DNA from: Bdellovibrionota bacterium
Lineage (GTDB): Bacteria; Bdellovibrionota_C; UBA2361; JBGSMV01
Direction of reading: 5' to 3'
NCBI GenBank assembly: GCA_041739995.1
Contig: JBGSMV010000007.1
Coordinates: forward strand, 1-15,009
Length of the DNA stretch: 15,009 bases
Positions 7,572-15,009 of the stretch are shown piece by piece. Below the pieces are notes generated by a model. It did no database searches. It was not told where the DNA came from and was given only the letters and a program-made list of their open reading frames with translations. How positions within the stretch are numbered: the first letter of the stretch is position 1; every line of letters starts with the position of its first letter. Both the position numbers and the translations under genes were made by a program.

Positions 7572-9206
7572 CTATTTCCGGGCTCTAATGCGGAATCTAG
7601 GCGAAGAGCTCTCGGCTACGGTGGCAACGCATCGAAGCGCGGCTCGGCCCGCGCGTGGGCGCTTCACAAAGATTGAAAACTCGCCGTCAGTACCTGTAGA
7701 AGCGCTCCCCTTGACGCGCCCTCTGCATTCAACACTTGCAGTTTCGCCTGCTATCCCCACCGCGGAGGTAGCTTCATAGGCTCGCCCGCTCACCGCCACC
7801 CGCCTAGAACCTGAGCGCCGCGAACTTGCCGAGACCGCTACTTGTTGCTCAACATACTCCTGGCCCAAAGCCTGTGCTACGGCTCGCGCCGCGTTGACTC
7901 GCCCGTTGGATGATACCAAACCATTTAACGAGCTAAGCGCATCGACAGAATTGATCAGAATCGTCTTTACGTCACTGGCATTCAGGTCCGGCCTTACCGA
8001 GAAGATCAGAGCGGCAACTCCCGCGACATGTGGCGTCGCCATTGAAGTACCGCTCATGTACACGTATCCACCGGTATAGCTGGTACTTGCAATATCAGAA
8101 CCCGGCGCTGCAACGTGCACTCGGGTCGAGCTGAAGTTAGTGAAGTAGGACGGATCATCCTCATCATCCGTAGAGGCTACGGAAATTAAATTCGAGTAAT
8201 CATAAGCCGCCGGATAGGAGGGTACTGAATCTATATTTGTCGCCGCGTTTCCTGCAGCAGCCACCACAAGAACCCCGCTGTTTCTTGCATCTTCGATGCT
8301 CGCTCTAAGCGTCGAAGAGTCAGAAGAACTACTTAGTGAGAGATTTATCGCCCTGGCGCCGCGAGCGACTGCATAGTCGATGCCGTCTGCAATGTCAGAG
8401 ATAAAGCCAGAACCGCCCGCGCCTAGGGCTTTAATCGCTATTACCTTAGAACCGTACGCGACCCCCACCACTCCAATCGAGTTATTACCTTGAGCTGCAA
8501 TGGTACCTGAGACGTGAGTCCCGTGCCCATTATCGTCCATGGGGTCACCTGCGGCGCTGCCTACTCCAGTCCCCGTAATGGCGTTGTAGCCGTAGACGTC
8601 GTCGATATACCCGTTTCCATCGTCGTCAATGCCATTCGACGGCACCTCCGCTCCATTAATAGCGATGCTGCCACTAAGGTCCGGATGATTGTAATTCACC
8701 CCCGTATCGACAACGGCGACCAGCACGTCACTTGAGCCCGAAGTAGTGTCCCAGGCCTCAGGCGCGCTGATATTTCTGATTCCATATAGTGCCGAGTAAA
8801 GTGCATCGTTGGTTGTTGCAGCCACTGAGACTTCAACGTTCGGCTCGCAATGCGTGTATCCTCGCGCTAAGTGCTTTATGCACAGCAGTGCAAGTTCTTG
8901 CTCAGAGAGCCGCACCTTGCCGCCGGCACGAGACTTTCTGGCGACCACATTGCCGTCAGCTGCAGCCACGCTGCGTCTTTTTCCACGTTTGCGGATGGAC
9001 CGCTCCGATGCCAGGTCGTCAGCCGTCCACAGACGGGCGCGCTTGCCGGAAGGCAGCTTTAGAACCAGCTCCTGCCCTGATTTTACTGTATACTCACGTC
9101 CCGCATCTCTCTGCTGGGCTTCGACAACCGACGGCGAAAGAGACCAGCTCGCCAGAACCGCAAGCAGAACAAAGTACTTAGAAAATGAATTATACGGGCA
9201 CACCAT
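7572..9206 (-). CDS. Secreted S8 subtilisin-like serine protease with basic prodomain and basic C-terminal beta domain
   Basis: Signal peptide; catalytic motifs VAVVDTG, HGTHVSG and GTSMATPHVAG; oxyanion AAGN; NGIDDDGNGYIDDVYG insertion. Confidence 0.93.
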   Translation of the reverse strand: MVCPYNSFSKYFVLLAVLASWSLSPSVVEAQQRDAGREYTVKSGQELVLKLPSGKRARLWTADDLASERSIRKRGKRRSVAAADGNVVARKSRAGGKVRLSEQELALLCIKHLARGYTHCEPNVEVSVAATTNDALYSALYGIRNISAPEAWDTTSGSSDVLVAVVDTGVNYNHPDLSGSIAINGAEVPSNGIDDDGNGYIDDVYGYNAITGTGVGSAAGDPMDDNGHGTHVSGTIAAQGNNSIGVVGVAYGSKVIAIKALGAGGSGFISDIADGIDYAVARGARAINLSLSSSSDSSTLRASIEDARNSGVLVVAAAGNAATNIDSVPSYPAAYDYSNLISVASTDDEDDPSYFTNFSSTRVHVAAPGSDIASTSYTGGYVYMSGTSMATPHVAGVAALIFSVRPDLNASDVKTILINSVDALSSLNGLVSSNGRVNAARAVAQALGQEYVEQQVAVSASSRRSGSRRVAVSGRAYEATSAVGIAGETASVECRGRVKGSASTGTDGEFSIFVKRPRAGRAALRCVATVAESSSPRFRIRARK

Positions 9207-9782
9207 CAGCTCTGACCTTATCTTCAGAGATGAATCGACGTGCTGACCGAAGCTCTTTATGAATCGCGGCGAACTTGGGAACAGAGCAGTTATTCCCTAG
9301 GCAACTCTACGCTGGATTACGATATTTTCTGAGGAGCCCTTGCGAGTTCTTCGTAGCGAGGCCACGTCGACACCAATGGCGGCTCCGCAGCGAACACCGC
9401 TAAAAATCTGGTGTCTTGAGTTAAGAGTTCGATGAATAATTCTCGCCGAGCTCGCCGCTCTCTTCGTGAATGTATCGAACGAATTACACAATGAGCTCAG
9501 CGAGGACAGCGCGAAGAATGCTAAAAGGAACTTCTGACTCTCCACACTAGGACGTATGCGGCGAAGAACTAGCTCACCATCGCGAAGCGATCTGCAGCCC
9601 CTTGTTCAAACGCTGCTGCCCTTCACTACCTCGTCGAAAGATCACTGCCGTGCAGTCTATTTAAGAACACTTTCAGAGGGCTTGGGTACGGTCAGTGATT
9701 CATCGACATTCGAAGGAGCTGTGAAATGGGCGCTGTCTCGATAGCTTCATTATGACTTTGGAACTGAATATTCCTAGAATTT

Positions 9783-9822
9783 TAACTCGACAGTCCTAAC
9801 TTGACAGTCCTAACTCGACAGT
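9783..9822. repeat. ~3 x 14-bp tandem repeat copying the last codons and stop of the DUF368 gene
   Basis: TAACTCGACAGTCC, TAACTTGACAGTCC, TAACTCGACAGT. Confidence 0.9.
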
Positions 9823-10733
9823 GGCGGCGCCGGATCACCGAGAGAGCGCGAAGCTCTATTAAGAAGAAGGAGCATCAGGGCCCCAAGCATCACAATGAAT
9901 ACACAGATAGCTATTGAGGACGCGGAGACTCCCCCCTCAGGGACAAAGTTACCCGGCCAGATAGCGCGCAAACTACCCAGCATGATACCCGTCAGAGTCG
10001 CAATGGTTGAAGAGTGATGGTTGCTGAGTAGAAACTTTAAGAGACGCGTAAATGAAATTATCCCAACAATAATTCCCAATATGAACACTGAGACAATCGC
10101 CAGGTCCTTGTTATGTAAGGCGTCGAGCACTATCAAATATTGCCCCATCAGAACGAGAATGTAGGATCCCGAGATCCCCGGAAGAATCATGGCGCAGATT
10201 GCTATTGCTCCTGAAAGAAACACATAGGGTAGAGAGGCGCTGCCCTGAAGAGTCCCCGCATCGCCCATCAGCAAGAACATGAGTAGCGCAGAAACAACGA
10301 GGAACACTCCGCTCTGAAAATCCCTCTCCATTTGTCGGAAAATAATGGGAATGGAACAAGCGATCAGTCCAAAGAATAAGGAATACATATACAAGGGGTA
10401 GTCTTTCATGAGCTGGGGAATAATTCTTGCCATCACTAAGACGGCTGTCCCAATGCCAGTCAGCAACGGCAACAAAAAGCTCCAATGAATTTGCGAAAGC
10501 TCGCTGAGCGCGTTTGCTCGGTACGTGCGGTGCCAGAAAAAGGCAATTAGTTTGGCGGCACTAAGCGCATGACTAAAGCGCACGCTACTAATGGCTGCGA
10601 TCAGTTGCTCGTAAATGCCACTGATAAAGGCAATCGTACCTCCGGAGACGCCCGGAATAATATCAGCGACACCCATAGCAGCACCTTTGCTGCAAAGAAT
10701 TAGCTTTGATTTTATGGTTTTATACTGATTCAT
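9810..10733 (-). CDS. DUF368 family membrane protein (PopT-like undecaprenyl-phosphate translocase)
   Basis: KGAAMGVADIIPGVSGGTIAFISGIYEQLI and the internal repeat SGAIAICAMILPGISGSYILVLMGQY. The ATG at 10733 is preferred over the GTG at 10832. Confidence 0.92.
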   Translation of the reverse strand: MNQYKTIKSKLILCSKGAAMGVADIIPGVSGGTIAFISGIYEQLIAAISSVRFSHALSAAKLIAFFWHRTYRANALSELSQIHWSFLLPLLTGIGTAVLVMARIIPQLMKDYPLYMYSLFFGLIACSIPIIFRQMERDFQSGVFLVVSALLMFLLMGDAGTLQGSASLPYVFLSGAIAICAMILPGISGSYILVLMGQYLIVLDALHNKDLAIVSVFILGIIVGIISFTRLLKFLLSNHHSSTIATLTGIMLGSLRAIWPGNFVPEGGVSASSIAICVFIVMLGALMLLLLNRASRSLGDPAPPLSS

Positions 10734-11068
10734 AGAGTTTGGTTCTTTCCTAAGCTCCGAGCACGGTATCGCACTATTCGCCCTTGGTGAAAGAGGAGAC
10801 AAGGTTGAGATCTGACGTTTCCCTGAGTGCACGCAACCACTTCCGGCGGGCTCTCTTCAGGTTGGTTACCCACCAGAAGAAAAAGGGAAGATTTGTTGGA
10901 ACCGGTTGAAATCCTCAAAAACGAATTAAAATGGTCAGCTCCCCTAGCCCCTGTGACCGAAAAATTAATTCCGCCAGTAGAATATAAGGATATCAATAGG
11001 TTCAAGCATAAAATGACCCTGCTCCTCTAGCTGCGAGCCGTCCGATAACATACACTGGGGCCGTCCAG

Positions 11069-12289
11069 ATGGAATACGTCATCGCCCTCATTCTTCTCAG
11101 CACATTGTTGTGCTCGTTTCTGTGTTCGCTCTCAGAGGCCACACTCTATTCGCTGCCTGCCTCATACGTGAAAGTTTTGGAAGAATCCGGCTCGCGGGCG
11201 GCCAAGCGTTTGAGCCTCTTCAAGCAGAACATGGAGCAGCCAATCGCTGCCATCCTCATCCTGAACACTCTCGCCAACACCTTAGGGCCCACCCTGGCAG
11301 GCGCCATAGCTGACGATCTTTGGGGGCAACACGGAGTTCTTGGGGTAGCCATAGCGTTGACAGTTCTCATTCTCCTTTTCGGTGAAATAGTTCCAAAAGT
11401 TTTGGGGGTGAACTATTCAAAGAGCATCGCACCTTACATCGCTCACCCACTCTACATTTGTGTTCAGCTACTTTCACCGATCGTCTGGGTTACGAACCAT
11501 CTTTCGAGCTCTTTAAAACCCGCCGATTCGGGCCCCAGCATGTCGCACGAAGAGGTTAAGAGCTTCGCCGAACTCGGCGCGGAAGAAGGTGCGCTCGATG
11601 CCTTTGAAGGCGAGGTCATTCAGAACGTAATTGAACTGGATGAAATCATCGTCAGAGACATTCTGACCCCGCGTGTGGTGGTTTTTCGCCTTAGGGACGA
11701 CCTGACAGTTGGTGAGGTCGAGAAGGAGCTGCCAGACTGGAGCCACAGTCGAGTGCCTCTATACCCCGCGGACGACCCTGAGCACCTTTCTGGATACGTA
11801 ATGCAGCGTGATGTTTTCCGTGAACTAGTGAAGGGCAAGCGCACTCTCACTTTGAAGCAGATCTGTAGACAACTGCCAGTGGTGCCTGAGCTCATCAGAG
11901 CTGATCGCCTGCTGCTCCGCATGGTAGACAAGCGTGAGCATATTTGCGCCGTCGTTGACGAACACGGAAGCCTCGCTGGAATTGTCACGCTTGAGGACGC
12001 CCTCGAGCAGTTAATCGGCAAAGAGATTGTAGACGAATATGATGCCGTCGCAGACTTGCGCACCTTTGCGGGACTACTCAAAGTGGCTCGTCATCGCCGC
12101 AAGTCCCACGAGAAAAGCGGTGGCAAAGTCTTTGAAAATGAGTCGACCGCAACGGTTGAAGCGATCGACGCAAGGAAGCGCCAGCTGGAGAAAGTCTTAC
12201 TTGAAGCTCGCAAGTTAAAATCAACAATGGCCGACACCTCTCTTGCGCCACCGCAACCACCGACCGCGAAGACAATTCAAAAGGAATAG
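11069..12289 (+). CDS. CNNM (DUF21) + CBS-pair protein, CorB/TlyC-like divalent cation transporter family
   Basis: SFLCSLSEATLYS, IAAILILNTLANT, LFGEIVPK, ILTPRVVVF, HSRVPLY, VVDEHGSLAGIVTLEDALEQLIGKEIVDEYD. Confidence 0.92.
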   Translation: MEYVIALILLSTLLCSFLCSLSEATLYSLPASYVKVLEESGSRAAKRLSLFKQNMEQPIAAILILNTLANTLGPTLAGAIADDLWGQHGVLGVAIALTVLILLFGEIVPKVLGVNYSKSIAPYIAHPLYICVQLLSPIVWVTNHLSSSLKPADSGPSMSHEEVKSFAELGAEEGALDAFEGEVIQNVIELDEIIVRDILTPRVVVFRLRDDLTVGEVEKELPDWSHSRVPLYPADDPEHLSGYVMQRDVFRELVKGKRTLTLKQICRQLPVVPELIRADRLLLRMVDKREHICAVVDEHGSLAGIVTLEDALEQLIGKEIVDEYDAVADLRTFAGLLKVARHRRKSHEKSGGKVFENESTATVEAIDARKRQLEKVLLEARKLKSTMADTSLAPPQPPTAKTIQKE

Positions 12290-12532
12290 TGTCGTCGCGC
12301 GCTCCCAACTATCCAGCACGCCCTATCCCAGCCGATAGATCAGCCGGAAAAGGCAGCCACTACTAGTAACAAGGCAAGGAACGTCCTCTGGCCGACATCT
12401 TCGGCTGCACTTAAAGAGCATGAAATGTTGTGTGGCTAGAAAATCCGACCGAACAAAGAGCGCCCAATGCAAAACGGCTTCCCTGAGTCGCCCCAGAGAA
12501 GCCGCTGCATTTGGACATAGAGCGAGGAAAGA

Positions 12533-13048
12533 CTATCGCTGCTCCGCGTCTCGGAGCGCGAACTCAAGACTACGCAAGAAGCGATTGACCGTCACGTCCT
12601 GTTGTCCAACGCCACAACTCACGTATCGGGCAAACGGAGACGAAGTGCTCGACACGTTCCGCCCATCACAGAGGGCGGTGGCTTGCATGCTCAAAATCGG
12701 AGGATTTCCATCCTCGTTGTTCTCGGCGCCAACGATATCTTCCAGCCGAAATGAAAGCTTCTTTGTCGCGCCAATACGTCGAGAGACCACCCTTCGAACT
12801 CGGGTGAAAGCCTCCTCACCTTCGTAGCTAATTCCCGCACGAATCTTAAGGCGGCATCCGCTTACCCTCTGGTCGAAGCGTACGATAATATTCATTATCG
12901 CAGACTCTGGATTATAATTAAGCTGGAGGCGGCTGGCGACTTCCTGTTGAGCTACCGCTATCGATGGCCCCATCGACGCACCAACAAGAGCTGCGAGAAC
13001 CAAGCCGAACAACACTCCACGAACCCTACTTAAATTCAAAGACCTCAT
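12533..13048 (-). CDS. Hypothetical secreted protein
   Basis: GGGGGAG SD before the ATG at 13048; signal peptide ending AVA; beta-rich mature part with three Cys and an amphipathic C-terminal helix. Co-oriented with neighbours. No family recognised. Confidence 0.7.
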   Translation of the reverse strand: MRSLNLSRVRGVLFGLVLAALVGASMGPSIAVAQQEVASRLQLNYNPESAIMNIIVRFDQRVSGCRLKIRAGISYEGEEAFTRVRRVVSRRIGATKKLSFRLEDIVGAENNEDGNPPILSMQATALCDGRNVSSTSSPFARYVSCGVGQQDVTVNRFLRSLEFALRDAEQR

Positions 13049-13112
13049 AACTCCCCCTTCACTCATTCGAAAACTCTATAATCTATATCCCAGCGATCGG
13101 AGACCCCGACCC

Positions 13113-13802
13113 TTACAGCACTGGAGAAAGTGGCGGCGGCCTTTCGCCCTTCAAGCAATCTTCCGCTGCGGCACAAGCAACCTTGTCTCCAGCTCCGTCA
13201 CTTAAACCACTTCCGCCGTTTTCGATCGGAAGTAGTGGCTGCGCAGCCGCTTCGCTATCAAACGCAGATGGCGAGGCATCCCCTGAACCGTTCGACGCTG
13301 GCAAAGTGGAAGAAGAAGAATTGTCGCTCCCCGACAAAATACCGAAACCTAAGCCAGTCAACGCAACGCCACCGGCACCGAGCCATGCGGTACGATCTGA
13401 CTGCTCGTCAGCACTGTTGATAATGGCAACTTGCGTCACGCTTAACTTTGACGCTGCATCAGCGCTGGTAGCTGGGCAGATTTTCCAATCACCCGCCGCT
13501 ACATCACGAAAGCTACCCTTGCCGTCAGCAATTAGACTCGAAAACGCATTTGCTGATTTTTTCTCGGCATCCGCCTTCATACTCTGCAGCTCGTACTTCA
13601 TTCCCGTAGGGTTAGTACCTCTCTGCGAGTCAGTGACTCGAATTTCCACAGTGCTCAGACTGCCCTGCACCACAGAGCGCGCAGCTCGCGGGGCTCCGTC
13701 ACAGCCAAAGACATTGAACTCTTCTGTAGCCGCAAAGCCCACGCCAGGCCCGGCAAAAACAGAGAAACCGATAGCAGCGCTTATAAAAGTTAACCTGTTC
13801 AT
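13113..13802 (-). CDS. Secreted protein, apparent divergent paralog of 4249-4797, ending LSPVL
   Basis: Starting at M52 of the track ORF gives a signal peptide (MNRLTF...VGFA). Then beta domain (ADGKGSFRDVAAGDW), Gly-rich hydrophobic segment, and Ser/Ala/Pro/Asp-rich linker. Confidence 0.72.
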   Translation of the reverse strand: MNRLTFISAAIGFSVFAGPGVGFAATEEFNVFGCDGAPRAARSVVQGSLSTVEIRVTDSQRGTNPTGMKYELQSMKADAEKKSANAFSSLIADGKGSFRDVAAGDWKICPATSADAASKLSVTQVAIINSADEQSDRTAWLGAGGVALTGLGFGILSGSDNSSSSTLPASNGSGDASPSAFDSEAAAQPLLPIENGGSGLSDGAGDKVACAAAEDCLKGERPPPLSPVL

Positions 13803-13951
13803 AGCTTTGATTCTCTTCAACAAAAAACGAGAAAAATAGATTCGATGTAGCAGGACTCTACTGGACGACACCCGATGCGTAAAGGAATTATCTTTCACTC
13901 TACTTAAATGAAACGCCGTCTCGCCGAGCTCCTTTGAGCCCCCTCTTTCAT

Positions 13952-15009
13952 TCACGACCCGCTCTTCAACTCTCCCGATTTCTGCGATGATTCCCCCTCG
14001 CTCGAGACATCAACGACCACTTCGCCCCGAGAATATGGCACCACTTGCGACTCCCAGCGACCAAGGGAGATCCCCATACTCTTCGTAAAGCCCTCTAATT
14101 GCAGCATTCTCTCAAGATCGACTGCGCTGGCTACCACAATCTGCGACACCTGGTGTCTGCGACAAACTTCCGGGATCTCCACCCCTGCCCCCAGCACTCG
14201 ATAGCCAAAAACCCTACGCTTTCTTAAGTTTACATCGTCGTCCACGAACCCCACGATGCGAGGAGCTTCCTTTTCCCCGCGATGGAACTGCCCGTGATAT
14301 CGGACAAATTGAATTCCCCGGCGTCCCGCGCCATACACAAGCACCCTAACCTTGCTCTCGTTGGAATATGCATTGTCGTGATGGAATCTCGACATGGCAT
14401 CTTCCAAAAATCGCGGCAAGGTACGTAGGGCCAAAAGCAAGATCGCTGCCATGCTCGCGTACGAAATGCCGATGCCGGCCACCATCTGCATCTCATTGTC
14501 AGAACTGAGCAATCTCATTCCCGCACAGAAAACAGCTGCGGAAATAATCGTTATGGCAAGAAAAACGAACTCGGAGAGCCTCGCGCGGCTCCAGACAATC
14601 GAGTAGGTCCCCGAAAGAAACAGAGCAACGAACATCCCACCACACCACACGGGCACACGGGAGAATAGTAACTCTTTGAATTCTGAGAAGCTCTGCGGCT
14701 GCAGGCCGATCAGCACCGCGAACGAAAGCGCTCCTACTAGCAATAGCGCATCGAGAATCGGATATGCCACGCTTGCCAGGGTACTCAGGCGCGGACGCTT
14801 CAAGCCCTTTGAAATAGCCACCCCGCTATCCCACAACTCTACTCGCGCAAGGTGCCTGAACACCACATAGCTCCCCACTACGAGAGCCATGAGGAGAATG
14901 CCACTCGCATATGAGTTCCACACCTGACTCGCAATCGCGACGGTTACCAGAGCACCGTTGATCCCGTACAGCAAAAGGGCAGCTTTTCGTTGAGTAAATC
15001 CAGCGCGCA
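13952..15009 (-). CDS. 5'-truncated WecA/MraY-like glycosyl-1-phosphate transferase with C-terminal CapD/PglF/WcaJ-type membrane + CoA-binding-like module
   Basis: The frame is open to the window edge and reads RAGFTQRKAALLLYG, typical of the segment after the HIHH motif in WecA/TagO. It continues with ILDALL...SGTYSIVWSRARLSEF and VLVYGAGRRG...IVGFVDDD...VFGYRVLG. Confidence 0.7.
   Translation of the reverse strand, partial: RAGFTQRKAALLLYGINGALVTVAIASQVWNSYASGILLMALVVGSYVVFRHLARVELWDSGVAISKGLKRPRLSTLASVAYPILDALLLVGALSFAVLIGLQPQSFSEFKELLFSRVPVWCGGMFVALFLSGTYSIVWSRARLSEFVFLAITIISAAVFCAGMRLLSSDNEMQMVAGIGISYASMAAILLLALRTLPRFLEDAMSRFHHDNAYSNESKVRVLVYGAGRRGIQFVRYHGQFHRGEKEAPRIVGFVDDDVNLRKRRVFGYRVLGAGVEIPEVCRRHQVSQIVVASAVDLERMLQLEGFTKSMGISLGRWESQVVPYSRGEVVVDVSSEGESSQKSGELKSGS

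Noticed and set aside
7343..7588. 81-aa ORF containing SSFAKATKDRKASGDK
   Set aside because: It is the translation of the MITE and its nested palindromes; no transposase features.
9297..9744. Short ORFs 9297-9545(-) and 9556-9744(+)
   Set aside because: No recognisable motifs and composition typical of spurious ORFs; left unannotated.
9810..9840. DUF368 C-terminus PAPPLSS resembling the PPLSPVL tail
   Set aside because: It lacks the SP-hydrophobic ending and belongs to a polytopic membrane protein; likely coincidence.
12040..12289. CNNM-CBS protein lacking the CorC_HlyC domain, possibly a pseudogene
   Set aside because: The frame is intact and CorC-less members with an IVDExD...DLR tail are a familiar subfamily.
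211..12535. TAG recoding or readthrough
   Set aside because: Conserved proteins are full length under the standard code and end at expected positions.
13130..13839. Long plus-strand ORFs (e.g. 13183-13839) and other antisense ORFs in the track
   Set aside because: They are shadows of better-supported genes on the opposite strand.

Overview
Chromosomal bacterial region (GC roughly 50-55% by eye) with 12 credible CDSs and no rRNA, tRNA, CRISPR array or transposase. It has a dispersed envelope-glycan theme: an O-antigen ligase/O-OTase-family gene, a WbpO/TviB-WbpP/TviC pair, a DUF368 undecaprenyl-phosphate translocase and a window-truncated WecA/MraY-like protein carrying a CapD/WcaJ-type CoA-binding module. 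Also present are coaE, an SCP2 protein with a long acidic disordered N-terminus, a secreted S8 subtilase, a CNNM-CBS protein and three secreted hypotheticals. Four unexplained signals stand out. (1) Three copies of a CTAG-bounded MITE-like element built around a 60-nt REP-like hairpin; one copy holds a doubly nested insertion of related hairpin units, and two copies bracket the wbpO-wbpP pair. (2) Two divergent paralogous secreted proteins ending in [ML]SP[IV]L-stop, each downstream of a glycan-assembly gene. (3) Recurrent 14-15 bp tandem duplications at gene boundaries. (4) TAG as the stop codon in 9 of 12 genes. All family calls come from motif recognition, not database searches.
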